Assembly (NCBI GenBank): GCA_002269645.1
Contig: NIVC01001138.1
Coordinates: forward strand, 1 to 64,000
Direction: 5' to 3'
Source of the DNA: Macrostomum lignano
Lineage: Eukaryota
DNA length: 64,000 nt
How positions within the stretch are numbered: the first letter of the stretch is position 1; each line of letters opens with the position of its first letter. The translations under genes were made by a program, and so were the position numbers. Shown one piece after another: positions 12,447 to 25,670 of this stretch. The notes under the pieces were generated by a model. That model made no database searches. It was given only the letters and a program-made list of their open reading frames with translations, and was not told the DNA's origin.

Positions 12447-12836
12447 ATGTCCGGCGAACAAGCAGCCGCCACTGCCGAGACCAAAGAGACGGTGACTACT
12501 GAGCAACCGAAAGCGGAAGAGACCGCAGCAGCCGAAGCTCAGGCTCCCTCGACATCAGCGGAAACAACCGAAGACGCCAAGAAGGAGAAAGAAGAGAAAG
12601 AGAAGGCCAAGAAAGAAAAAGATGAGCAAAAGAAACGCGAAGCCGAGGAGAAGAAGCGCAAAAGAGAAGAGGAGAAAAAAGCCAAAGCGGAGGCCAAAGC
12701 CAAGGCCAAAGCTGAAGCTGCGGAGTCTGCAGCCGCTGGAGGCAGTTCAACTGCAAGGAAGCCGTGCTGGCTCACAGACAATACCGACATGGACCTGCTG
12801 AACCGGGACAAGAACCAGATTAACTGCCACGTCAAC
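12447..12836 (+). CDS. CAV: Caveolin alternative N-terminal exon 1a (130 aa, long E/K-rich segment)
   Basis: MSGEQAAAT...DMDLLNRDKNQINCHVN followed by the phase-0 donor AAC|GTGAGT; matches the caveolin DLxNRDPxxxN motif. Confidence 0.8.
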
Positions 12837-13349
12837 GTGAGTCCCCTCCCATATAGTATGTTATTAATCAGTCAAGCGAATCTATCCGATACGAATCAGC
12901 AGACATGCACAGTTTGACTTTTTCAACAGTTTTGCTTTTCGACTTGACTTGCAAGCCCTGCCAGTTCAGGCCATTTCTGCCAGTTCAGACATAATCTAAG
13001 CCAAGGGCAGCCTGGGTCCAAGTCCAATTGGGGTTTTTAGGCATCTTTTCGAGATTAGTCATCACAACGTCCAACTCCCCGAACCAACAGAAACGAACGG
13101 CCCCAGCTTTGTGGAGTTTAGGAATTCTTTCGCTCAGATACTTCGTATTTAAACAGCGTTAAGCAAGAACCTATTGCTTGTCTTTATATTCTTTGCTGTG
13201 CAAAATGCTATGCTTATCTACTGGCTCTCCTACTTGATACAGTAGTATCTCGCGAGTTTTCTGTCTGGTATAGGCTATTGGGAAGATAAATTCAAAACAA
13301 AAATAGAACTTTTCAAATACTCGTTAGGAAGCAATAAATATGAATAAGA

Positions 13350-13700
13350 ATTCTCTCTCCCTGTCTCCTCTCCATGTCTCCTCTCCCTGCCTCCCTCTCT
13401 CACTCTCCCTCTCTCCCTCTCCCTCTCTCCCTCTTTCTGTCTCTCTCCTTCTCTCCCTCTCCCTCTCTCCCTCTCCCTCTCTCCCTCTCCCTCTCTCCCT
13501 CTCTCTCTCTCCCTCTCTCCCTCTCTCCCTCTCTCCCTCTCTCCCCTCTCTCTTTCTCTCTCTCTATCTCTCTCCCTCTCTTCCCTCTCTCTTTTTCTCT
13601 CTCTATCTACCATGTCTCCTATCTCTTGTCTCCTCTCCCACTCTCTCCTGTCGCTGTGCCTCCTGTCTCCCTCTCTTTCTCTCTCCTTTCCTTCATAATC
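13350..13700. repeat. CT-rich low-complexity/microsatellite tract
   Basis: Read directly. Confidence 0.9.
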
Positions 13701-14111
13701 ACAACTATCTCATCCGCTCCCTCTGTCAGAAAGCTCCCTATCCTGTTCCTTTGCCTTCCCTTAGTACAGATTTCCTTCCAAAGTTCCGATGTGTGATATC
13801 AGTTCCCACCTCTGTCCTGACTTTGCCTAAATAGATTTTTATCACCGCAATTCCCTCTCGCAAACCGCGCCTGCCTGCAGACAGCGAAAAGCTTTCAAAA
13901 TGAATTTGCTTGCCCAAACTGCATTTGGGTATGGCTGCTGCGAACCCTGTACGCCAAGATTCTCTTATCTGGCCCGTGAAATGGATGGGGAACCTGCTGA
14001 CTGCTGCTGCAAAGAACACACGCTCTGCTTCAAGTAGAAATTCAAAAGGACACTAAAGTACTCTCCTAGCCTTTCGACTATAGGACCAATGCGTTGTTTT
14101 AAATCAGTAAA

Positions 14112-14490
14112 GGCGCCAAAATAAGTGTCAGTAGTGGCGCCAAATAAGTGTCAGTTAGGGCGCCAAAATGAGTGTCAGTTGGGGCGCCAAAATGAGTGTC
14201 AGTTGGGGCACCAAAATGAGTGTCAGTTGGGGCGCCAAAATGAGTGTCAGTAGTAGGCGCCAAAATGAGTGTCAGTAGCTTAGGCGCCAAAATGAGTGTC
14301 AGTAGCTTAGGCGCCAAAATGAGTGTCAGTTGGGGCGCCAAAATGAGTGTCAGTTGGGGCGCCAAAATGAGTGTCAGTTAGGGCGCCAAAATGAGTGTCA
14401 GTTGGGGCGCCAAAATGAGAGTCAGTTAGGGCGCCAAAATGAGTGTCAGTAGCTTAGGCGCCAAAATGAGTGTCAGTTAGGGCGCCAAAA
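14112..14490. repeat. ~24-bp minisatellite (GGCGCCAAAATGAGTGTCAGTTGG)n
   Basis: Read directly. Confidence 0.93.
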
Positions 14491-15089
14491 TAATCTCTCT
14501 ACTTCCAGACAGGTTGGTTCCTTGATAACTTGAACTTTACAGTCCTATTAATTGATTTTCGTAGTCGCAGTACAATTTCACTAGTGAATCAATATATCTG
14601 ACTGTGTCTCTCTAAATTATTTATGAATATTTTTACTTTCAATTCTTTAGATTTTGTTTTAGCTTACATAATTTGTGTTCATGCATACCAATATCTCCCT
14701 CCTACCCTCCATTCTCTCCTTCTCACCCTCCATTCTCTCCTTCTCACAATCCATTCTCTCCCTCCGTTTTCTCCCTCTCACTCTAACCCACGCTCTCTCA
14801 CGCTGCAATCAACCTGAAAATTTTCTTTATGGTTTTGTCACTAAACTAAAAGGTTTAAAGTGCGCTTATGTGAAGGTCCAACTAACAACATGCCCTGCTT
14901 TTCGTCTGGTCTTAAAAGACTACGTTAAAAGCCTTTTTAATGAGTTTTCCTACTCTGAAGTGGTGATTCAGTATGCAATAATCCATTGATGCATAAGTTC
15001 ATGGAGTTTACTGCTCAGCAGGAAATTACAGTACGTTATTCTATAAAGTAAGATAACGACAGAGTTTTGTGCAATTGATAGATATATTT

Positions 15090-15850
<761 letters not shown>

Positions 15851-16418
15851 AATCACATCCAGATGGTTAAGCTAATTGTATGCACACAGCTACTAAAAGT
15901 ACGAAAGTGCAGCACAACAAAACTTCACATATAGGCATTGAAGTGCATCACGGCATGCAACTACAAGTGGGAACAGGCTGTGTCTGCTGCAGCTGTGGGC
16001 AGGCAAGCAGGCGGGCACTATTTCGGTTCATTCAGTAAAACAAATACTCTGCATGCGAGTGAATTCGCCCCGCCATTCCCGAGAGAGAGGGCGAGAGCGA
16101 GAGAGGTGCGTAACGCGTTTAGGTCCCGATAAGGACGATCGAGCGAGGAAGAAGGAAGCAGCGCTCGGTTGTTTGGCCGGAGTGAAGGCGACGGGACCGA
16201 ATTTTACATTAGGGACTTGGGGAAGGAGGCAACTGGGAATGGAATGCCAGGGAAGGAGCCTCATGTGACCTGCAGTTTCTTCGACCTTTCGTCCAGCCAA
16301 TCGGCATCGAGGCCGGGGTTTCCACCTCGCTTCCCGCTCCCAGTATCTGGCCTTGATAAAGTCCACCAGCAACCAGCTGTTGATTGGGTACTAGCTGCGT
16401 TCTACTCAGCGGTCAGTG

Positions 16419-16796
16419 ATGTCGCAGACTCCATCGACACCGCCTCAAGAAGCTGGCCAGAATGCTGGCGGCGAGAGCGCCATCATGTTGTCGTCCGAAA
16501 CTCCGGCAGACCAGTCTTCGACTTACCTACGAGCTGAAGGTGAAATAATTGGGCCAGCTGGAACTGCCGGCTCGGAGTCTGAGCTGCAGCAGCAGCAGTC
16601 AGTTGATGAAGCAACCGCCAGCTCAGAGGGCAAGCCGGGGACGGAGAAGCAGCGGACAGGCAGGATTCCTCCGATTCGAATCCCGAAGGCGCCGAAGGTT
16701 GCTGGACGTCGGGTGACGCTGGAGAGGAACAAAGACTACAAGGAGCAGATGGACATCGTGACCAGAGATCCGAACTCATTGAACATCCACTGCAAG
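16419..16796 (+). CDS. CAV: Caveolin alternative N-terminal exon 1b (126 aa)
   Basis: MSQTPSTPP...EQMDIVTRDPNSLNIHCK followed by the phase-0 donor AAG|GTTGGA at the homologous position. Confidence 0.78.
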
Positions 16797-19063
16797 GTTG
16801 GAAGTTAAAATAATATTATAATATTATTATAAATATTATTATAATAATATTATAATATTATAATATTATTAATAATTATAAAACTTAGTAATCTCTAAGT
16901 TTAGTGTCAGTTATTAAGTGTCAGGAGGCGTCAGTTTTAAGTAACAGAAAGTGTCAGCTCCGTAATATCAGTAGATGTCAGTTTGGGTGTCAGGCGATGT
17001 CAGACTGAGTGTCAGGAGATGTCAGCTTGATTAAGTATCAGATAGTATCAGTTTCTTAGTTGTCAGGTAAAAGTGTCAGTAACGAAAAAATAAAAATTTC
17101 GTCACTAACTTGGTAAGTTTGCAGATATTCAGAGCCAAGATTATCTGTAATATTGAGCTTGAGTGATGGTGTATTGTTTAATAAAAATGTGCACAAGAAT
17201 TCCCAGCTCATTAATTATTCATGAAATTGCTCAACCCGTCCGTGGTCAGCTGACAAGATAGGAAAATATTGCAGATGCTTCTCCGAGAATCTATTTTTAG
17301 GTTAGATAAAAATGTACTTCTCTTAGTTCTTACTTTTAGGCGAAAGTTTTGCTAATAAATAACAATCAAGGCAATTTGTGACATCATATAGGACAAGTTG
17401 CAATCCAATTATTGGCCACGAATTTGCCTTAGTAACCGCGGGCAGCAATCAGAAGAGGCGGAAGTTGAAATCCAATTTTCTTCTAGACTGAGCCTCTTTT
17501 GACTCGCTTCTTCTTCTCTTCTGTTGCGTGTCTGCTTTTTCAGATATATCTCTCTCTCGTTCCTTTCTGAAGCCTTTCTGCTTGAGAGCTATGTCACTTA
17601 GGTTTGTTAGCTAGTTAGTGGCGGCAAAGAAGATATGTCTAACTTTCTTTCTCTGCTTCCTGAAAAAAGAAAGAAGTAAATGGATTGTCTTCTTTTGGGA
17701 ACAGACTTTTAATAACTTTTGGCTGAATCCGTTGCCTGACTGCACGAAAATCATTGCTGACTGACTACTTGGAGTAGACAAAAACGTTTATTAAACTGCT
17801 AAATTCGTTGAATGCTCCAGTCTGCTTTTGTCTAAGAAGTCCTTAGAGCAGCCACCGGCATCCGGCCCTCGGGTCTTTTGTCACTTCACAATGGCAATTC
17901 AGCCCGCTCAGGTTTTTGTATGTATCTTGATCTCAGATTTCTTCTCTCCTCTCTCCACTCCCCTCCCCTCTCTCCTCTCATCTTTACTCTGGCCTGCAGT
18001 CACGAGCTGGATTCTCATATATATTAGCATAGATAGATAGCAGCAATTAGTGCGCTTGCACTTCTTGCACTTTGCTTGCATTGCGGTAAGAATTTCAATT
18101 AAAAAAATTGCTACAACTGCTGCGACTGTGATACAACTAAATTCCTTTCCGTATATGGGCACCTAAATTTGCTAGAACGAAAGATAATAATAATATTGCC
18201 CCAGGTTCGGAAGGGTTAGTGTTTTGTAGTAACACTTCTGCCAGCCTCTCCATCACCATTGTTACTCAAAAACTATATAACTTAATTCAATAATGGCGAG
18301 TGTGCTTGGAACTTGTATATGCTCACTGCAGCCACTCTATAGCTCCTATCCACTGTCTGTGTTCTCGCACTCAGCAGTCTGCCATCCATTTGCAGAGCTT
18401 TTAAGATAGAAAAAAAGAAGGAAGGCAAAACTGAGTGTGCGCTGAGACAAGGAGGCCCAGAGTCTGCAACCTGGATTTGTAGTTTGATAGCCATGTTTTA
18501 TTAAATTTATCATAACTTCGATTTGATTAAACCAAATTTTGTAAACTTAGCCTCATTTTAAAGCTTAATAAATTATTCGTGTTTGAGTAAAAGTTCACTG
18601 TTTAATGACCAAGTGACTACGAGCTATTACTGGCAGAAGTTGTTATCAAAATACCTAAGTCGATACACTGTCGAACTAGACGTTGAAAACCTATTCAATT
18701 TTTTAACCTTGATCAATTTTTAGTTTTAAACAACTGAGACTCGATTTTTAGTATCTAATATATATATAGTTTTCATTTTTAGTATATTTGATTAAAAAAA
18801 CTTATCTATACAGCTGTCGGGCAGTGAGGTGAAGAGTTTTCAGTCCAGATTCTGGCACTAGGACTCCTTGTCTCAGGTCTTGAACTCGACTATACGCATC
18901 TTCTAATAAACGCACACAGCTAATCTCTCTTCTCGTCAAACAGCTCGTAATTTTTAGCTAACCCAACCCTCAACAGTTTAAAAAGACCTAGAGGTCAAAC
19001 AGTGGTTGGCTCATTAGGTAGTCTTGTTGTCAACAAAACAAAACAGAAGCCGCAGCTCACGAA

Positions 19064-19234
19064 ATGCAAGAAGACGAGTTTGAGGATGTCACAGACAGCC
19101 CTCGGGCTGGAGCTAGAGAGCCTGAGGTTTCCCAATCGCAAGTTGAAGTGAAACCTAAGAAGGCAGCAAATCAGGAAGCTGTAGTGATAGACCTGGTCAA
19201 TAGGGACCCTGATTTAATCAATCAGCACTTGAAG
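19064..19234 (+). CDS. CAV: Caveolin alternative N-terminal exon 1c (57 aa)
   Basis: MQEDEF...VIDLVNRDPDLINQHLK followed by the phase-0 donor AAG|GTGACA; a 91-nt intron separates it from exon 2. Confidence 0.85.
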
Positions 19235-19325
19235 GTGACATTTTAAACCTTCTTTCACAACTTTGACTATTTGATTTTATAAACTGTTTCTTTCAATTTT
19301 GTTGAAAAAATTTTACTCCTCCCAG

Positions 19326-19403
19326 GTGCAATTCGAAGACATCATTGCTGAACCGGATCCCACTGTCTTCAGCTTTGACAATGTGTGGACCTGCAGCTTC
19401 AAG
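19326..19403 (+). CDS. CAV: Caveolin shared exon 2 (signature motif)
   Basis: TTTTACTCCTCCCAG|VQFEDIIAEPDPTVFSFDNVWTCSFK|GTGAGT; FEDIIAEP matches the caveolin signature FEDVIAEP; 78 nt, phase 0/0. Confidence 0.93.
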
Positions 19404-19486
19404 GTGAGTTCTTTAATTCTTTAATTTTTTTATTAATAAAACTGATGTTAGCAAGGTTAGCACCCTTCAACAAAAAGTTCTCAAAA

Positions 19487-20360
19487 TTCTAAATTCCCCT
19501 AGATGAATTTCCACAGATTCTAAATTCCCCTAGATGAATTTCCGCAGATTCTAAATTGCCCTAGATGAATTGCTGCAGACTCTAAATTTCCCATAGATGA
19601 ATTTCTGCAGATTATAAATTCCCCTAGATGAATTGCTGCAGATTCTAAATTCCCCTTGATGTATTTCCGCAGATTCTAAATTCCCCTAGATAAATTGCTG
19701 CAGATTCTAAATTCCCCTAGATGAATTTCCACATATTCTAAATTCCCCTAGATGAATTTCCGCAGATTCTAAATTGCCCTAGATAAATTACGCAGATTCT
19801 AAATTCCCCTAGATGAATTTCCACAGATTCTAAATTCCCCTAGATGAATTTCCGCAGATTCTAAATTCCCCCTAGATGAATTTCCGCAGATTCTAAATTC
19901 CCCTGGATTAATTTCTGCATATTCTAAATTCCCCTAGATGAATTTCTGCAGACTCTAAATTTCCCATAGATGAATTTCTGCAGATTATAAATTCCCCTAG
20001 ATGAATTGCTGCAGATTCTAAATTCCCCTTGATGAATTTCCGCAGATTCTAAATTCCCCTAGATAAATTGCTGCAGATTCTAAATTCCCCTAGATGAATT
20101 TCCACAGATTCTAAATTCCCCTAGATGAATTTCTGCAGATTCTAAATTCCCCTAGATGAATTGCTGCAGATTCTAAATTCCCCTTGATGAATTTCCGCAG
20201 ATTCTAAATTCCCTTCGATAAATTGCTGCAGATTCTAAATTCCCCTACATGAATTTCCACAGATTCTAAATTCCCCTTGTTGAATTTATGCAGATTCTAA
20301 ATTCCCCAGATGAAATTCTGCAGACTCTAAATTCCTCTCTAGAGGAGCTTCCGCAGATTA
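19487..20360. repeat. 31-bp intronic minisatellite (TTCTAAATTCCCCTAGATGAATTTCCRCAGA)n
   Basis: Period of 31 measured directly (19501 to 19532). Confidence 0.95.
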
Positions 20361-20410
20361 TAAATTCCGTTCAAAGATTATTGACAATCCAATCCAACAA
20401 TGAACCGCAG

Positions 20411-20674
20411 GTGTTCACCTCGACGAAGCTGTGGTGCTACAGAATCATCTCGCTGATCTGCGCCATCCCAGCTGCCATCTGCTGGGGCATCGAGTTCGCC
20501 ATGCTGTCATTCTGCACCATCTGGTGCTGGCAGCCGAGCCTGAAGGCCTTCGACATCTCGCTGTGGTACACCCGCCGAATCTACGAGATCCTGCTTAAGG
20601 TGTTTGTCGAGCCGTGCTTCCACGCCTTTGGAAAATGTCTCAGCCACATTGTGGTCACGGTTCGACGGGAGTAA
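20411..20674 (+). CDS. CAV: Caveolin shared terminal exon 3 (scaffolding plus intramembrane domain)
   Basis: CCGCAG|VFTSTKLWCYRIISLICAIPAAICWGIEFAMLSFCTIWCWQP...EPCFHAFGKCLSHI*; aligns by eye with the caveolin F-T-x-T-K-Y-W-x-Y-R...P-x-A-L-x-W-G...F-x-H-I-W pattern. Confidence 0.93.
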   Translation: MFTSTKLWCYRIISLICAIPAAICWGIEFAMLSFCTIWCWQPSLKAFDISLWYTRRIYEILLKVFVEPCFHAFGKCLSHIVVTVRRE

Positions 20675-23657
20675 TGCTGATTACGAATTGATTAGTTTGT
20701 TTTACCGATTTTTAAATTGTGGCTAAATTCATTTGTGGGTTTTTTAAACTAGACAATTTTTATTCATATATTTATAAGTCCATAAAATATTGTTTTATGA
20801 TTAGTGTCTAAATTTACAAATTAAGCGAATAAAATAATTACGCAGATTGTACTGCCGTTCTCATACTTAATGCCTGAGCTTTAAATGCTATCATTTTATT
20901 CAATTTGATTGTACTCCATCATTTGGTTTAGGAAAATGTGTTGTAACCTCAATTCAAAGTTATTTTCTAAGAATCCAGACAAAAATTAGACTGAAGAAAT
21001 AATTAAAACAAAATTATCGTGGATTAGATTTCTCCTCTCGGGTTGTGTTTGTATTAAGACGCTTTTCTTAAATCAGGTACGCTTTGCTTTACTATGTATG
21101 ATATTTGAAGCTTATAAGTAACTTACAGAATTTTTGTAATTACAGTATTGTCTTACATGCTTATAATCCTTCCTTAATGCGGCTTCTTATTATTATGTAT
21201 TTAACATGTTTTTCGACAACTCAATTGCAGCGTTAAACCAAGATTTTAATTAAGTAGTAGAAATCATTTTTTTTGTTTTTTATACAAAAACTTTTAATAC
21301 GAAAGCTACAAAAGCTAGCTAAATATTTCAAATCTGGGTTTAAATTGGAAGGTTTTGTGCAAATTCATGTATCAGGGCTCTCAATTGTATTTTACTTAAC
21401 ATATTACAAAAATTCAGGAACTCAAAACCTTATAGAAATGTGTATTTTCAATTAGGTTAAACAACGTAAACTAATAATTACATCTTGCCGTTCTGCATAG
21501 AAAAATTGCGCGTAAATGACAGGATTATTGTTACCGCATGCATGATAAGTTACAGCTTTATTTTTGTAGCTCACGTACTTTTCATTTTTAATTTCTCCCT
21601 ACCAATGTCTAAATTACCATGACCATCGATTCTTTTCATTTTTAAGCTGTCCCAAAATGATTAATCCCAAAGAATACATTGAGGGGGCACTTCGATACTC
21701 CCAAGTTTAATGCGCATATTTTACTTATTTATTCGTCGGACTCTGTAACAGCTTAATTCGATTAAAACTTACACATTAACTTGTCTCTGTATACCGTATG
21801 CCTCAATTTTTATCGTTGTTTTTGCAGTTTAAGCCAACTAAAGTGTTTCGAAAAGCGAAATTTGTTTTAAAAACTTGAAATCTAAACGCACTCGCTTTAT
21901 ACATGTATTCTATTTACTGTATGTAATCATACTCTACATCAATCATAGTACGAAATATATGTATTATTACAAAATAAACCGTCAAACTTGGCAGTCAACT
22001 ATATACCCCACAAGTTTATTGTCATCCAATTTTAGTTCAAATTAAACCGAAAATTCTTCATTTCCTTTGTTATAGTAACATATGGATCGATCGATAAGAT
22101 TTTGACGACGTGGAATTGCTCTACGCGCTCCAGTAGAAAAATAAACGATTGTACTAAGCTACATGTATAATGACATCAATTTGCATGTTTTTTAAAGACC
22201 GTGAAAACAGCGCAACCACAACGCCTACAACTTTTTTTATTCATTGCAGCTAGCAAAAACTAAAAAACCTGCTGGCTGTCTCGTTTCTGTTGGTTGTTTT
22301 CTGCGGGGTTAGAAGTTATATATCAAAACCAGCAGAGTATTGCAGTCACCTTACCATCCAGATAAGGGACTATATATACACTTTCTTATTTCTCCAGTTT
22401 ATTTCGAACGTGAAATTTTGAGTGTGTTAATTTTGAAGCATGCTGACACTTTGGTTTTTCAATTATTGGAGATTGTGGCGCAGTGAAATTGTGGGATTGC
22501 ACAAAAGCTATACGAAAACCAACACAAAAAGCAACCTAGTTAGCTAAAACGTATGTTTACAATGTAAAACAAAGTATTTTTCCTATTTAATCGAGAAAGC
22601 GAGCAGAAAGGTATAAATTGCGTATATAAAAAAAAAATTAAATAATGATCAAAATTGTTTTCTAATTGTTTTCAGAGTGATGTAAAGCGTCATCGACTGT
22701 ATAGTTTAACTTAGGTAATTGTGAAGATTTTCTATTGATGTTCGTTGCATCGTCCGTCCGTCTCCTGAAGCTACGGACCTGTCTAAAAACTGATCTGTGT
22801 AAAACTCACTGTAGGCACTTGCAGAAAGAACTGAAGATATAGTCTGAAACAATTAGATTGATAATTTAATTTTCATAAACATATTTCTTAGAAACATATA
22901 GGGTATAGTATATAGACTAGACTGTTTTCTGCTGTTTGTTAAAGCTTTAAACACTTATGAGTTGAGAAGTATAGTACGATTTTTCTACTCTGTCAGAATA
23001 TTTTTTATTACTTGATTATTTAATTAGTTTGATAGTTAAGTTTGAAATTAACTATTGAGCATAAATTAAGCATCAAATCCTTGATGCCTTGAAGTTTGTT
23101 ATACGCCCATATATTTTGAAAATGTCAAATAGTTTAGAGTTATTTTTGGTGTTAAAAACTAAAACTCTTTTTGCTGCAATTACTTGAATTATAATAGATA
23201 GAGAAAATTCGAGTTGGGAGTAGAAAAACAATTTAATTAATTTTATAATGTTATAAAAATAGAATATCTTTCACTTCAAATATATTTTCTTTTTCACTGT
23301 TTTTAAGCAGTTTTGCAATGAGAAAATGTTAACAATACTTTTATAAATGTTACCCTCTAGACAACCTTGTTTGTTATAATTATTAGACTAACATAAAATG
23401 ATCTTCATTTTTCTAATCATTTCATGATGCATTGCATGCAAACTGCAACTGCAACCTGTCGGCTTTAAAAAACGGTTCTTATTAGTTTTTATCAACAATG
23501 CATAACTGGCCATTTTCTTCTCGCGAAAACGAACAGTACACTGAATCCTATCCTGTTCAACTGTTGTAAGTAACCCAGAACAGTTCTCAAATTTTGAGTA
23601 CAATATTATGTACCAGCTTGATTAGGTCTTTCCTTTAATAAATAAAATATTAATTAC

Positions 23658-23879
23658 CTCAGCCTGAACCATCGTGGCTTCGAGCGAGCCTCAGAAACAG
23701 TCTGGTTCGGCAATTCACCAAGCGACGTTCCAAATCTGGCATTGGGAAACTCTGACCCAACCATCTTCTCAGCGTACACTGGACCAGACAATGGCTTAGT
23801 CACCGGATGCGTTGCCGACACTGAGAATGGCAGAGGCGGCTGCAATTCCAGCAGGAAGACAGGATTTAATAGAGGTAAG
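23658..23879 (-). CDS. Candidate orphan internal exon (222 nt, symmetric phase 2/2), product unknown
   Basis: Minus-strand acceptor TTCAACTTCCGCAG and donor GAG|GTAATT enclose a stop-free frame in a GC-rich island within AT-rich DNA; no recognisable domain. Confidence 0.3.
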
Positions 23880-23954
23880 CTGCGGAAGTTGAATGGAATT
23901 AAGAGACTAAATTTAATTTATAGTTAATGAGCGTGCGCTGTTGCACTGACAGCC

Positions 23955-24760
23955 ATACAGAACACACTGACCCCCATACAAAACACATTGACCCCCATAC
24001 AGAACACACTGACCCCCATACGTACAGAACACACTGACCCCCATACAGAACACACTGACCCCCATACAGAACACACTGACCCCCCATACAGAACACACTG
24101 ACCCCCCCATACAGAACACACTGACCCCCATACAGAACACACTGACCCCATACAGAACACACTGACCCCCATACAGAACACACTGACCCCCATACAGAAC
24201 ACACTGACCCCCATACAGAACACACTGACCCCCCATACAGAACACACTGACCCCCCATACAGAGCACACTGACCCCCATACAGAACACACTGACCCCCAT
24301 ACAGAACACACTGACCCCCATACAGAACACACTGACCCCCATACAGAACACTCTGACCCCCATACAGAACACACTGACCCCCATACAGAACACACTGACC
24401 CCCCATACAGAACACACTGACCCCCATACAGAACACACTGACCCCCATACAGAACACACTGACCCCCATACAGAACACACTGACCCCCATACAGAACACA
24501 CTGACCCCCATACAGAACACACTGACCCCCATACAGAACACACTGACCCCCATACAGAACACTCTGACCCCCATACAGAACACACTGACCCCCCATACAG
24601 AACACACTGACCCCCCATACAGAACACTCTGACCCCCATACAGAACACACTGACCCCCATACAGAACACTCTGACCCCCATACAGAACACTCTGACCCCC
24701 TTTCTAGAACACTCTGACCCCCTTTCTAGAACACTCTGACCCCCTTTCTAGAACACACTT
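23955..24760. repeat. ~21-bp minisatellite (CCATACAGAACACACTGACCC)n
   Basis: Read directly. Confidence 0.95.
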
Positions 24761-25384
24761 ATCCAGTAAAGCCCGCCCGAAAGTCATATAAAATTGAAAG
24801 TAAAGTTCCACTAGATTTATTCTATAAAATTTCACGCAACTTGCAGCCAAATGATTTATGACTGTGCTCAACTAACTGAGCAGCATATATAAATGTATGT
24901 GCAGACTTGCGTGAAGAATTAAGAAAGTTAAAAGTTATACATTTCGTCACACACATACACACACAGGCCGTACACGTGATCTTCTCTCCTCTCCTTAATC
25001 CTTTCCTTGACTCGGTCTAACCAACCTCAATGCTCAATAGCTTCCACTATTTCTTGAGAAGTCGATCGGGTCTGTGTCTTAATCTCTTTCCCACAACTGC
25101 GCAGCCATTGCCATTCCAATTGGACAAAGTCAGCAATGTTTGAGCACCGCGAGAAAGACAAAAAATTGAAATATGAATTGGCGAATATTTTAATGTAGTT
25201 TCTACGTGCTTGTAAATAGTAATATTTTCTGTTTTTCTCACTTTCAGGTTAACAATTAATTAATATTTCTTAAGCTCATTGTCCGCTGGAGTTGCTTGAC
25301 GCTTTCTGTTAATCTTTGATTCATTAGATTTTCTTTGAGTCAGTCCCTTCTGTCTCCTCGTCTCCTCTCTGTCTCGGACTTGTC

Positions 25385-25670
25385 ACCCTCTCTGTCTCCT
25401 TGTCTCCCTCTCTGTCTCCTTGTCTCCCTCTCTGTCTCCTTGTCTCCCTCTCTGTCTCCTTGTCTCCCTCTCTGTCTTCTTGTCTCCCTCTCTGTCTCCT
25501 TGTCTCCCTCTCTGTCTTCTTGTCTCCCTCTCTGTCTCCTTGTCTCCCTCTCTGTCTCCTTGTCTCCCTCTCTGTCTCCTTGTCTCCCTCTCTGTCTCCT
25601 TGTCTCCCTCTCTGTCTCCTTGTCTCCCTCTCTGTCTCATTGTCTCCCTCTCTATCTCCTTGTCTCCACC
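25385..25670. repeat. 20-bp CT-rich tandem repeat (CTCCTTGTCTCCCTCTCTGT)n
   Basis: Read directly. Confidence 0.93.

Noticed and set aside
17908-18162. Minus-strand ORF with a hydrophobic stretch followed by KCKKCK
   Set aside because: It has a charged residue in the putative TM segment, runs into GA low-complexity sequence, and no compatible partner exon was found.
19235-19246. Intron after exon 1c reads V-T-F, echoing the V-Q-F of exon 2 (intron gain by duplication?)
   Set aside because: The intron position matches the vertebrate caveolin intron, so it is ancient; the V follows from GT, and the rest is probably chance.
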